In this document: piece by piece, positions 38,630 through 48,140 of the stretch
How the letters are laid out: each line of letters starts with the position of its first letter
Numbering within the stretch: the stretch's first letter is position 1
Sequence record: MH051915
Origin: Enterobacteria phage vB_EcoM_IME339
Strand: one strand, 5' to 3'
DNA length: 64,000 bases
Notes under the pieces: model-generated
Databases searched by the model: none
What the model saw: the letters and a program-made list of their open reading frames with translations, nothing else
Told to the model about the DNA's origin: nothing
Position numbers and translations under genes: made by a program

Positions 38630-38647
38630 AAGGGGCTTCGGCCCCTT
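38630..38647 (+). terminator. UUCG-hairpin (aaggggCTTCGgcccctt) after regA
   Basis: Perfect stem; followed by 'ggagtataat'. Confidence 0.55.
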
Positions 38648-38705
38648 ATTTGGAGTATAATATATCAAGAGCCTAATAACTCGGGCTATAAACTAAGGAA
38701 TATCT

Positions 38706-41402
38706 ATGAAAGAATTTTATATCTCTATCGAAACAGTCGGAAATAACATTGTTGAGCGTTATATTGATGAAAATGGAAAGGAACGTACTCGTGAAGTAGA
38801 ATATCTTCCAACTATGTTTAGGCATTGTAAGGAAGAGTCAAAATACAAAGACATTTATGGTAAAAATTGTGCTCCTCAAAAATTTCCATCAATGAAAGAT
38901 GCACGAGATTGGATGAAACGAATGGAAGACATCGGTCTCGAAGCTCTCGGTATGAACGATTTTAAACTCGCTTATATCAGTGATACATATGGTTCAGAAA
39001 TTGTTTATGACCGAAAATTTGTTCGTGTAGCTAACTGTGACATTGAGGTTACTGGTGATAAATTTCCTGACCCAATGAAAGCAGAATATGAAATTGATGC
39101 TATCACTCATTATGATTCAATTGACGACCGTTTTTACGTCTTTGACTTGTTGAATTCAATGTACGGTTCAGTATCAAAATGGGATGCAAAGTTAGCTGCT
39201 AAGCTTGACTGTGAAGGTGGTGATGAAGTTCCTCAAGAAATTCTTGACCGAGTAATTTATATGCCATTCGATAATGAGCGTGATATGCTTATGGAATATA
39301 TTAATCTCTGGGAACAGAAACGACCGGCTATTTTTACCGGTTGGAATATTGAGGGATTTGACGTTCCGTATATCATGAATCGCGTTAAAATGGTTCTGGG
39401 TGAACGTAGTATGAAACGCTTCTCTCCAATCGGTCGAGTAAAATCTAAACTAATTCAAAATATGTACGGTAGCAAAGAAATTTATTCTATTGATGGCGTA
39501 TCTATTCTTGATTATTTAGATTTGTACAAGAAATTCGCATTTACTAATTTGCCATCGTTCTCTTTGGAATCAGTTGCTCAACATGAAACCAAAAAAGGTA
39601 AATTGCCGTACGATGGTCCTATTAATAAACTTCGTGAGACTAATCATCAACGATACATTAGTTATAACATTATTGACGTAGAATCAGTTCAAGCAATTGA
39701 TAAAATTCGTGGGTTTATCGATCTAGTTTTAAGTATGTCTTATTACGCTAAAATGCCTTTTTCTGGTGTAATGAGCCCTATTAAAACTTGGGATGCTATT
39801 ATTTTTAACTCACTGAAAGGTGAACATAAGGTTATTCCTCAACAAGGTTCGCACGTTAAACAGAGTTTTCCAGGTGCATTTGTGTTTGAACCTAAACCGA
39901 TTGCTCGTCGATACATTATGAGTTTTGACTTGACGTCTCTGTATCCTAGCATTATTCGTCAGGTTAACATTAGTCCTGAAACTATTCGTGGACAGTTTAA
40001 AGTTCATCCAATTCATGAATATATCGCAGGAACAGCTCCTAAGCCAAGTGATGAATATTCTTGCTCTCCGAATGGATGGATGTATGATAAGCACCAAGAA
40101 GGTATCATTCCAAAGGAAATCGCTAAAGTATTTTTCCAGCGTAAAGATTGGAAAAAGAAAATGTTCGCGGAAGAAATGAATGCCGAAGCTATTAAAAAGA
40201 TTATTATGAAAGGTGCAGGGTCTTGCTCAACTAAACCAGAAGTTGAACGATATGTTAAGTTCAATGATGATTTCTTAAACGAATTATCGAATTACACCGA
40301 ATCTGTTCTTAATAGTCTGATTGAAGAATGTGAAAAAGCTGCTACACTTGCTAACACAAATCAGCTGAACCGTAAAATTCTTATTAACAGTCTTTATGGT
40401 GCTCTTGGTAATATTCATTTCCGCTACTATGATTTGCGAAATGCTACTGCTATCACAATTTTCGGTCAAGTTGGTATTCAGTGGATTGCTCGCAAAATTA
40501 ATGAATATCTAAATAAAGTGTGTGGAACTAATGGTGAAGATTTCATCGCAGCAGGTGATACTGATTCGGTATATGTTTGTGTAGATAAAGTTATTGAAAA
40601 AGTAGGTCTTGATCGCTTTAAAGAACAAAATGATTTAGTTGAATTTATGAATCAGTTTGGTAAGAAAAAGATGGAACCTATGATTGATGTTGCATATCGT
40701 GAGTTATGTGATTATATGAATAACCGCGAGCATCTGATGCATATGGACCGTGAAGCTATTTCTTGCCCTCCGCTTGGTTCAAAGGGTGTCGGTGGATTTT
40801 GGAAAGCGAAAAAACGTTATGCTCTGAACGTTTATGACATGGAAGATAAGCGATTTGCCGAACCGCATCTAAAAATTATGGGTATGGAAACTCAACAGAG
40901 TTCAACACCAAAAGCAGTACAAGAAGCTCTCGAAGAAAGTATTCGTCGTATTCTTCAGGAAGGTGAAGAGTCTGTCCAAGAATATTACAAGAACTTTGAG
41001 AAAGAATATCGTCAACTTGATTATAAAGTTATTGCTGAAGTAAAAACTGCGAACGATATAGCGAAATATGATGATAAAGGTTGGCCAGGATTTAAATGCC
41101 CGTTCCACATTCGTGGGGTGCTAACTTATCGTCGAGCTGTTAGTGGTTTAGGTGTAGCTCCAATTTTGGATGGAAATAAGGTAATGGTTCTTCCATTACG
41201 TGAGGGAAATCCATTTGGTGACAAGTGTATTGCTTGGCCGTCGGGTACGGAACTTCCAAAAGAAATTCGTTCTGATGTACTGTCTTGGATTGACTACTCA
41301 ACTTTGTTCCAAAAATCGTTTGTTAAACCGCTTGCGGGTATGTGTGAATCGGCAGGTATGGACTATGAGGAAAAAGCTTCGTTAGACTTCCTGTTTGGCT
41401 GA
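38706..41402 (+). CDS. 43: DNA polymerase gp43 (family B)
   Basis: 898 aa; exonuclease and polymerase motifs (YGDTDS); T4 gp43 length. Confidence 0.97.
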   Translation: MKEFYISIETVGNNIVERYIDENGKERTREVEYLPTMFRHCKEESKYKDIYGKNCAPQKFPSMKDARDWMKRMEDIGLEALGMNDFKLAYISDTYGSEIVYDRKFVRVANCDIEVTGDKFPDPMKAEYEIDAITHYDSIDDRFYVFDLLNSMYGSVSKWDAKLAAKLDCEGGDEVPQEILDRVIYMPFDNERDMLMEYINLWEQKRPAIFTGWNIEGFDVPYIMNRVKMVLGERSMKRFSPIGRVKSKLIQNMYGSKEIYSIDGVSILDYLDLYKKFAFTNLPSFSLESVAQHETKKGKLPYDGPINKLRETNHQRYISYNIIDVESVQAIDKIRGFIDLVLSMSYYAKMPFSGVMSPIKTWDAIIFNSLKGEHKVIPQQGSHVKQSFPGAFVFEPKPIARRYIMSFDLTSLYPSIIRQVNISPETIRGQFKVHPIHEYIAGTAPKPSDEYSCSPNGWMYDKHQEGIIPKEIAKVFFQRKDWKKKMFAEEMNAEAIKKIIMKGAGSCSTKPEVERYVKFNDDFLNELSNYTESVLNSLIEECEKAATLANTNQLNRKILINSLYGALGNIHFRYYDLRNATAITIFGQVGIQWIARKINEYLNKVCGTNGEDFIAAGDTDSVYVCVDKVIEKVGLDRFKEQNDLVEFMNQFGKKKMEPMIDVAYRELCDYMNNREHLMHMDREAISCPPLGSKGVGGFWKAKKRYALNVYDMEDKRFAEPHLKIMGMETQQSSTPKAVQEALEESIRRILQEGEESVQEYYKNFEKEYRQLDYKVIAEVKTANDIAKYDDKGWPGFKCPFHIRGVLTYRRAVSGLGVAPILDGNKVMVLPLREGNPFGDKCIAWPSGTELPKEIRSDVLSWIDYSTLFQKSFVKPLAGMCESAGMDYEEKASLDFLFG

Positions 41403-41415
41403 TAGAATAAATCTA

Positions 41416-41436
41416 GGGACCTCCGGGTCCCTTTTT
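41416..41436 (+). terminator. intrinsic terminator (gggaccTCCGggtccc + T5)
   Basis: Perfect hairpin and T-run after gene 43. Confidence 0.7.
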
Positions 41437-41478
41437 CATACAAGTAATATAAATCTATACTTAGGAAAAATAGATGAT

Positions 41479-41590
41479 TCTGGACCTCTGGAATTCATTA
41501 AAAATTTTTTTCACAAAATGGTTTACATCCCGGTTCCTTTGTGGTACTATACAACTATCAACTACTGATACAGATTTGGAGAATGAAATG
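41479..41590 (+). promoter_or_regulatory. repeated promoter-leader cassette, copy 4
   Basis: Shares 'tctggacctct..gaattc..ttttcacaaaa(c/t)ggtttaca...ggtactatacaactatcaactactgatacag..ttggagaatgaaATG' with copy 1. Confidence 0.6.
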
Positions 41591-41968
41591 AAAATCGCTA
41601 TTTTGGTTATTGCATTGGGTCTTACTGGTTGTGTAGCTCAAGGACCAGTAGTAAATCAGTCTGATGCAGGAAAAATTGTAAACTGTTCAAGCAAATTTTA
41701 TAATCCTAACGTCAAGTGTTATAAAGAAGCTCCAAAACAGACAGTAGAACAAATGCAGGCGAATTTTGACGAAGCTATTCGTTCAGATGAATCTGCCCAA
41801 GCATATCGTAATTCAGATGTAATTACACGCGAAGAAAAAATTGAAAATTACTGCGCCGTTCTTTGGGCAAATTGGGCTAATAATTACCAATGGCGTACAG
41901 GTAAAAACGCTCCGATGGAGTATGTAGTGAATTCTTATAATTCATGTGTAAAAAATTTGACTAAGTGA
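41588..41968 (+). CDS. lipoprotein (126 aa) next to imm
   Basis: Signal peptide plus lipobox LTGC; ATG 41588 behind cassette SD. Confidence 0.6.
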   Translation: MKIAILVIALGLTGCVAQGPVVNQSDAGKIVNCSSKFYNPNVKCYKEAPKQTVEQMQANFDEAIRSDESAQAYRNSDVITREEKIENYCAVLWANWANNYQWRTGKNAPMEYVVNSYNSCVKNLTK

Positions 41969-41975
41969 GGAAAAC

Positions 41976-42227
41976 ATGGAAACTTTAGTAGCAGGTTCAA
42001 TTTTTATGGTTTTAGTTTCAGGCGTGTTGGCTATTATTATATACATGCTTCCGTGGTTCATCGCCTTGATGCGTGGGTCAAAATCGACAGTAGGAATCTT
42101 TTTCACATCTTTACTGTTTAACTGGTCAATCATTGGTTGGTTTATTACATTTATTTGGTCAATTGCGGGTGAAACTAAAAAATCTGTACAGCAAAATCAA
42201 GTAATTATCATCAGAGAGAAGGAATGA
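41976..42227 (+). CDS. imm: superinfection immunity membrane protein Imm
   Basis: 83 aa, two hydrophobic helices; T4 Imm size and position between 43 and 42. Confidence 0.8.
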   Translation: METLVAGSIFMVLVSGVLAIIIYMLPWFIALMRGSKSTVGIFFTSLLFNWSIIGWFITFIWSIAGETKKSVQQNQVIIIREKE

Positions 42228-42373
42228 AAAGCAAAATTTTAGCAGTATTGCTTTTAATCTTGATGATTATAATAAGTATATACTATAGCGTAACGGTTCC
42301 TTGCATGATTCCGACACTTATTATAGGTTGGGGTTTATTACTGTTACAAGTTAAATATGAATGTATCAATTGA
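42224..42373 (+). CDS. possible small membrane peptide (49 aa)
   Basis: Hand-translated MKSKILAVLLLILMIIISIYY...; ATGA-coupled to imm. Confidence 0.3.
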   Translation: MKSKILAVLLLILMIIISIYYSVTVPCMIPTLIIGWGLLLLQVKYECIN

Positions 42374-42380
42374 GGTTTAA

Positions 42381-43121
42381 ATGATTAATGACTCTATGAC
42401 AGTTGAAGAAATCCGTCTTCATTTGGGAATTGCATTAAAGGAAAAAGATTTCGTAGTTGATAAAACTGGTGTTAAAACTATTGAAATTATTGGTGCATCA
42501 TTTGTAGCAGATGAACCTTTTATTTTTGGCGCTCTTAATGATGAATACATTCAGCGTGAACTTGAATGGTATAAGTCTCAAAGTTTGTTTGTTAAAGATA
42601 TTCCAGGTGAAACACCAAAGATTTGGCAGCAGGTAGCATCTTCTAAAGGCGAAATTAACTCGAATTATGGTTGGGCTATCTGGTCAGAAGATAACTATGC
42701 TCAGTATGATATGTGTTTAGCTGAACTTGGTCAAAATCCTGATTCTCGGCGTGGTATCATGATTTATACTCGTCCATCCATGCAGTTTGACTACAACAAA
42801 GATGGTATGTCAGATTTCATGTGTACGAATACAGTACAGTACCTGATTCGTGATAAGAAAGTCAATGCAGTAGTAAGCATGCGTTCAAATGACGTGGTCT
42901 TCGGATTCCGTAATGATTATGCATGGCAAAAATACGTACTAGATAAATTAGTATCTGATTTGAATGCAGGTGATTCAACTCGCCAGTATAAAGCAGGTTC
43001 CATTATATGGAATGTCGGGAGCCTTCATGTGTATTCTCGTCATTTTTATTTGGTTGACCATTGGTGGAAAACCGGCGAAACTCATATTGCGAAAAAAGAT
43101 TATAATGGTGAGTGGAAATGA
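42381..43121 (+). CDS. 42: dCMP hydroxymethylase gp42
   Basis: 246 aa; thymidylate-synthase-like fold; T4 gp42 length. Confidence 0.95.
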   Translation: MINDSMTVEEIRLHLGIALKEKDFVVDKTGVKTIEIIGASFVADEPFIFGALNDEYIQRELEWYKSQSLFVKDIPGETPKIWQQVASSKGEINSNYGWAIWSEDNYAQYDMCLAELGQNPDSRRGIMIYTRPSMQFDYNKDGMSDFMCTNTVQYLIRDKKVNAVVSMRSNDVVFGFRNDYAWQKYVLDKLVSDLNAGDSTRQYKAGSIIWNVGSLHVYSRHFYLVDHWWKTGETHIAKKDYNGEWK

Positions 43122-43960
43122 TTCAATTTGTAATTCCAAGCTATCAACGCGTAGGGGCAGTTTCTGCCCTTGATATGTTTCCGACTGATTATGAACCTCA
43201 TATTGTAGTACGTGAACATGAAGAAAAAGCTTATTATGACGCTTACGGGTCTAGAGCTAAAATTATAACTATTCCTGATGATGTTAATGGAATTGCTGGA
43301 ACTCGTAAAGCAATTACTGATATGTATGCAGGTCAACGAATTTGGATGATTGATGATGATACTACTATTCGTATGAGTTCAATGCGAAAGAAAGATGATC
43401 GTCGCTGCGTAGATAAAATTAATCAATTAACTCGTGAACAGTTCTATGAATTGATTCAATACGTGGAAGATGCCATGGATTGCGGGTATTATCACGGTCA
43501 TGCTCGTCTACCTATTTTTAAAATTACTTCATCTTGGGGTAATTATCGTGAAAATTCATATGGATTCACGAATACATGGTATGACCTCGGAAAACTTACT
43601 ACAGAACAAATTGGGTATGGAAAAATTGATTTATGCGAAGATATGTATGCATTTCTCAATTTAATTAACCAAGGTTATCCGCATTTGGCTTTGTTCAAAT
43701 ATCTGGTTGTGTCTGGAAAAGCGCAGGCTCCTGGCGGATGTAGTTCAATTCGTAGTAATTCAAAACATAATAGAGCTCTTGAGCAAATCAATAGAGAGTT
43801 TCCAGAGCAAGCTCGTTGGAAAACTTCTAATATTGAAAAACGAAAATCATTAGGTGAAGAAGACGAGCCATTAAAGGTTCTTCGTATGTGTGTTTCGCGC
43901 AAAGAAAAATCAGAAGCGTTTCATAAGTTTAATGCTATTCATCCAATAGCAGTCGATTAA
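43118..43960 (+). CDS. putative glycosyltransferase (DxD motif) at the beta-gt position
   Basis: 280 aa, ...RIWMIDDDTT...; unlike recalled T4 beta-gt; may correspond to T2/T6-type beta-alpha-gt. Confidence 0.55.
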   Translation: MIQFVIPSYQRVGAVSALDMFPTDYEPHIVVREHEEKAYYDAYGSRAKIITIPDDVNGIAGTRKAITDMYAGQRIWMIDDDTTIRMSSMRKKDDRRCVDKINQLTREQFYELIQYVEDAMDCGYYHGHARLPIFKITSSWGNYRENSYGFTNTWYDLGKLTTEQIGYGKIDLCEDMYAFLNLINQGYPHLALFKYLVVSGKAQAPGGCSSIRSNSKHNRALEQINREFPEQARWKTSNIEKRKSLGEEDEPLKVLRMCVSRKEKSEAFHKFNAIHPIAVD

Positions 43961-43984
43961 TGCCTAAATTTATTGTGTTATAAT
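43961..43984 (+). promoter_or_regulatory. middle-promoter-like element upstream of uvsX
   Basis: TGCCTAA (near MotA box) 43961-43967; TATAAT 43979-43984. Confidence 0.4.
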
Positions 43985-44037
43985 TACCCTATCTTTAACC
44001 AGTGAGGAAAATATAATGATGCCTATGGAAAAAATGA

Positions 44038-45219
44038 ATGTCTATTGCAGATTTAAAATCCCGTTTGATTAAAGCTTCCACTTCTAAAATGACTGCTGAA
44101 CTGACTACATCTAAATTCTTTAATGAAAAGGATGTAATCCGTACAAAAATTCCAATGCTTAATATCGCTATTTCCGGCGCGATTGATGGTGGTATGCAGT
44201 CTGGTTTAACTATTTTTGCAGGTCCTTCTAAACACTTTAAATCAAATATGTCTTTGACTATGGTTGCGGCGTATTTGAACAAATATCCTGATGCGGTTTG
44301 TCTATTTTATGATAGCGAATTTGGTATTACTCCAGCTTATTTGCGATCCATGGGAGTTGACCCGGAACGAGTAATTCATACACCAATCCAGTCAGTTGAA
44401 CAACTGAAAATTGATATGGTGAATCAGCTTGAAGCTATTGAGCGCGGTGAAAAAGTTATTGTATTCATCGACTCAATCGGTAATATGGCTTCTAAGAAAG
44501 AAACGGAAGATGCCTTGAATGAAAAATCTGTGGCAGATATGACTCGTGCTAAATCACTGAAGTCATTATTCCGTATTGTTACTCCTTATTTTAGTATTAA
44601 AAACATTCCGTGCGTTGCGGTTAACCATACAATTGAAACAATTGAAATGTTTAGTAAAACCGTGATGACAGGTGGTACAGGCGTAATGTATTCGGCTGAT
44701 ACTGTATTCATTATCGGTAAGCGTCAGATTAAAGATGGTTCTGATCTTCAGGGGTATCAATTTGTTCTAAATGTAGAAAAATCTCGTACCGTTAAAGAAA
44801 AAAGTAAATTCTTTATTGATGTTAAATTTGACGGTGGTATCGATCCTTATTCTGGATTGTTAGATATGGCTCTTGAATTAGGATTTGTAGTAAAACCTAA
44901 AAATGGCTGGTATGCTCGTGAATTTCTTGATGAAGAAACCGGCGAGATGATTCGCGAAGAAAAATCTTGGCGTGCAAAAGATACCAACTGTACTACATTC
45001 TGGGGTCCTTTATTTAAGCATCAACCATTCCGAGATGCTATTAAACGCGCTTATCAGTTGGGTGCTATTGATAGTAATGAAATTGTTGAAGCTGAAGTTG
45101 ATGAATTGATTAACTCAAAGGTTGAAAAATTTAAATCTCCAGAAAGTAAAAGTAAATCAGCAGCTGATTTAGAAACTGACCTAGATCAGTTAAGTGATAT
45201 GGAAGAATTTAATGAATAA
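44038..45219 (+). CDS. uvsX: RecA-like recombinase UvsX
   Basis: 393 aa; Walker A GPSKHFKS; strong similarity to recalled T4 UvsX. Confidence 0.97.
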   Translation: MSIADLKSRLIKASTSKMTAELTTSKFFNEKDVIRTKIPMLNIAISGAIDGGMQSGLTIFAGPSKHFKSNMSLTMVAAYLNKYPDAVCLFYDSEFGITPAYLRSMGVDPERVIHTPIQSVEQLKIDMVNQLEAIERGEKVIVFIDSIGNMASKKETEDALNEKSVADMTRAKSLKSLFRIVTPYFSIKNIPCVAVNHTIETIEMFSKTVMTGGTGVMYSADTVFIIGKRQIKDGSDLQGYQFVLNVEKSRTVKEKSKFFIDVKFDGGIDPYSGLLDMALELGFVVKPKNGWYAREFLDEETGEMIREEKSWRAKDTNCTTFWGPLFKHQPFRDAIKRAYQLGAIDSNEIVEAEVDELINSKVEKFKSPESKSKSAADLETDLDQLSDMEEFNE

Positions 45220-45550
45220 AGATGATTTAGATCTAGAAATTATCGATGAATCCCCCTCTTCGGAGGGGGAAGAAGAAAGAAAAGAACGTCTTTTTAATGA
45301 ATCTCTTAAGATAATTAAATCTGCCATGGAAAATGTTATCCAGGAGATTGTCATTAAACTAGAAGATGGTTCTACACACATTGTGTATGTGACAAAATTA
45401 GATTGGGTTGATGGAAAAGTCGTAATGGACTTTGCTGTTCTTGACCAAGAAAGAAAAGCTGAGTTAGCTCCTCATGTAGAAAAATGTATTACAATGCAAC
45501 TACAAGATGCATTTAATAAAAGGTCAAAGAAAAAATTTAAATTCTTTTAA
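45212..45550 (+). CDS. 40: head vertex assembly chaperone gp40
   Basis: ORF overlapping uvsX end; acidic N-terminus; contains intragenic GC hairpin. Confidence 0.8.
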   Translation: MNKDDLDLEIIDESPSSEGEEERKERLFNESLKIIKSAMENVIQEIVIKLEDGSTHIVYVTKLDWVDGKVVMDFAVLDQERKAELAPHVEKCITMQLQDAFNKRSKKKFKFF

Positions 45551-45559
45551 GGAGTAAGT

Positions 45560-46987
45560 GTGGTAGAAATTATTCTTTCTCATCTCATATTTGATCAAGC
45601 TTATTTTTCAAAAGTTTGGCCATATATGGATTCAGAATATTTTGAAAGTGGTCCAGCTAAAAATACATTCAAATTAATTAAATCTCATGTCAATGAGTAC
45701 CATAGCGTTCCATCTATTAATGCGTTAAATGTTGCATTAGAAAATAGTTCATTTACTGAAACAGAATATTCTGGTGTAAAAACACTTATTTCAAAACTGG
45801 CTGATTCTCCGGAAGACCATAGCTGGTTAGTAAAAGAAACAGAAAAATATGTTCAGCAAAGGGCGATGTTTAATGCTACGTCTAAAATAATTGAAATTCA
45901 AACTAATGCTGAGCTTCCTCCGGAAAAACGAAATAAGAAAATGCCAGATGTAGGTGCTATTCCTGACATCATGCGTCAAGCATTATCAATTTCATTTGAT
46001 AGTTACGTTGGTCATGATTGGATGGATGACTACGAAGCGCGTTGGCTATCTTATATGAATAAAGCTCGTAAGGTTCCATTTAAACTCAAAATTCTAAATA
46101 AAATTACTAAAGGCGGAGCTGAAACTGGAACACTGAACGTTTTAATGGCTGGTGTTAACGTTGGTAAGTCATTAGGTCTGTGTTCATTGGCAGCAGATTA
46201 TTTACAGCTCGGTCATAATGTTCTTTACATTTCAATGGAAATGGCAGAAGAAGTCTGTGCTAAGCGTATTGACGCTAATATGCTCGATGTTTCTCTTGAT
46301 GACATTGATGATGGGCATATTTCTTACGCTGAATATAAAGGAAAAATGGAAAAATGGCGTGAGAAATCTACTCTTGGACGTTTAATCGTTAAACAGTATC
46401 CTACTGGTGGAGCAGACGCTAATACATTTCGATCGCTTTTAAATGAATTAAAGCTCAAGAAGAATTTTGTTCCAACAATCATTATTGTTGACTATCTGGG
46501 TATTTGTAAATCTTGCCGCATTAGAGTTTATTCAGAAAATAGTTACACAACTGTTAAAGCCATCGCAGAAGAATTGCGTGCTCTGGCTGTTGAAACCGAA
46601 ACTGTTCTTTGGACTGCAGCACAGGTTGGTAAGCAAGCTTGGGATTCTTCTGATGTTAACATGAGCGATATTGCAGAATCTGCCGGTCTTCCAGCAACAG
46701 CCGATTTTATGCTTGCGGTCATTGAAACCGAGGAGTTAGCAGCTGCTGAACAACAACTAATTAAGCAAATCAAATCACGATATGGTGATAAGAATAAATG
46801 GAATAAGTTTTTGATGGGTGTTCAAAAAGGAAATCAGAAATGGGTAGAAATTGAACAAGATTCTACTCCAACTGAAGTGAACGAAGTGGCAGGTTCACAG
46901 CAGATTCAAGCTGAGCAGAATCGCTATCAAAGAAATGAATCGGCTCGAGCTCAGTTAGATGCTTTGGCAAATGAATTAAAATTTTAG
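45560..46987 (+). CDS. 41: replicative DNA helicase gp41 (DnaB-like)
   Basis: 475 aa, GTG start; Walker A GVNVGKS. Confidence 0.97.
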   Translation: MVEIILSHLIFDQAYFSKVWPYMDSEYFESGPAKNTFKLIKSHVNEYHSVPSINALNVALENSSFTETEYSGVKTLISKLADSPEDHSWLVKETEKYVQQRAMFNATSKIIEIQTNAELPPEKRNKKMPDVGAIPDIMRQALSISFDSYVGHDWMDDYEARWLSYMNKARKVPFKLKILNKITKGGAETGTLNVLMAGVNVGKSLGLCSLAADYLQLGHNVLYISMEMAEEVCAKRIDANMLDVSLDDIDDGHISYAEYKGKMEKWREKSTLGRLIVKQYPTGGADANTFRSLLNELKLKKNFVPTIIIVDYLGICKSCRIRVYSENSYTTVKAIAEELRALAVETETVLWTAAQVGKQAWDSSDVNMSDIAESAGLPATADFMLAVIETEELAAAEQQLIKQIKSRYGDKNKWNKFLMGVQKGNQKWVEIEQDSTPTEVNEVAGSQQIQAEQNRYQRNESARAQLDALANELKF

Positions 46988-47016
46988 TTTACAAGCTGAC
47001 AAGACTATGGTATAGT
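46987..47016 (+). promoter_or_regulatory. early promoter with inverted repeat over -10
   Basis: GTTTAC, 18 nt, TATAGT inside 'gacaagactatggtatagtagtcttgt'. Confidence 0.55.
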
Positions 47017-47045
47017 AGTCTTGTTGGTTAAATGGGGAGATTGTT

Positions 47046-47228
47046 ATGGAATTGGTAAAGGTAGTTTTTATGGGGTGGTTTAAGAATGAAAGCATGTTTA
47101 CTAAAGAAATCACAATGATGAAAGATGACGTTCAATGGGCTACTACTCAATATGCTGAAGTTAATAAAGCATTAGTTAAAGCTTTCATTGATGACAAGAA
47201 AGTATGTGAAGTTGATTGTCGAGGATAA
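47046..47228 (+). CDS. dmd: Dmd antitoxin (discriminator of mRNA degradation)
   Basis: 60 aa, first ORF after gene 41 as in T4 (61.5); sequence recalled as Dmd-like. Confidence 0.7.
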   Translation: MELVKVVFMGWFKNESMFTKEITMMKDDVQWATTQYAEVNKALVKAFIDDKKVCEVDCRG

Positions 47229-47229
47229 T

Positions 47230-47472
47230 ATGCATATTGTTTTATTTAAACCTACTCCGTATAATGTCAGGAAAAATACTCAATTCAAAGCACTTGTTGC
47301 AGATACGTGGGAATTGGTGTTAGATATTCCAGCAGAAGAAAGTCCTCCATTTGGTCGAGTGGAATTTATTAAGTTTGCTGTGCGCCCTACGAAGCGACAG
47401 ATTCGCCAATGCAAAAGATACTTTCGTAAAATCGTCAAGTTAGAGAAACAGTTATTGATGCTAGTAAAATAG
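47230..47472 (+). CDS. hypothetical protein (80 aa; 61.4 position)
   Basis: ORF track 47188; ATG 47230 behind SD. Confidence 0.5.
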   Translation: MHIVLFKPTPYNVRKNTQFKALVADTWELVLDIPAEESPPFGRVEFIKFAVRPTKRQIRQCKRYFRKIVKLEKQLLMLVK

Positions 47473-47474
47473 TA

Positions 47475-47504
47475 GTTTACAAGCTGATAGAGTTGTGTTA
47501 TAGT
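47475..47504 (+). promoter_or_regulatory. early promoter with inverted repeat over -10
   Basis: GTTTAC, 18 nt, TATAGT; 'gctgatagag...ctatcagc'. Confidence 0.5.
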
Positions 47505-47535
47505 AATTCTATCAGCTAATCGCGGAGAAAAGAAA

Positions 47536-47790
47536 ATGATGCTAGTTAATAGAGAATATCAGTTTAAATCAGAAGAAGATTTGGAAAAATTCGCGAGTGG
47601 TTGTGAACTGAATAGACGCACAGCTAAAGTCATAGGATTAAAACCCTTTACAGTTCTAGATTGTGAAGTTTCTAAATTCCGCAGAGGGTGTTCTATTAGC
47701 GGTCATGCTCTGGTTGATGGGAACACATTTTTCTTTGTTTTTAGCGTCAGAGAACTTTTATTGATTAACGAACTTGAGGAAATAAAATAG
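47536..47790 (+). CDS. hypothetical protein (84 aa)
   Basis: ORF track. Confidence 0.5.
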   Translation: MMLVNREYQFKSEEDLEKFASGCELNRRTAKVIGLKPFTVLDCEVSKFRRGCSISGHALVDGNTFFFVFSVRELLLINELEEIK

Positions 47791-47854
47791 TTTACTTTTA
47801 TTTTAAACATGTTATTATAGACCTATCAAAACAAACGAGTAAATGGAGAACAAA

Positions 47855-48037
47855 ATGTCTAAAGTATCAGGTTATCAATTATTAACACAAGAACAACGTT
47901 CAGAGATGGATTCTTTACAAGAACGGTGTCAGCATAGAAATAACGCACTTGATTCATTTTTATTAGTTGAATATGAAAACTTGTGCTCTAGACTTGAAAA
48001 AGAATATGTTCATCAACATGAAGGAGGAGAAGAATGA
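47855..48037 (+). CDS. hypothetical protein (60 aa)
   Basis: ORF track 47843; ATG 47855 behind GGAG. Confidence 0.45.
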   Translation: MSKVSGYQLLTQEQRSEMDSLQERCQHRNNALDSFLLVEYENLCSRLEKEYVHQHEGGEE

Positions 48038-48140
48038 AACTGAAATCACCAATTATTGCAATTTGTCTGTTTGCTTCTACTAGTGTTTACTTTTGTTGAA
48101 AATTGAGATACTATAAACATAAACTACTGAGGAGATTATC

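Noticed and set aside
41474-41587. Long N-terminal extensions in the ORF track (for example 41474, 50176, 60264, 19741, 215)
   Set aside because: The extensions start at TTG/GTG inside promoter or cassette sequence; an internal ATG with a good Shine-Dalgarno at the cassette end is the more credible start.
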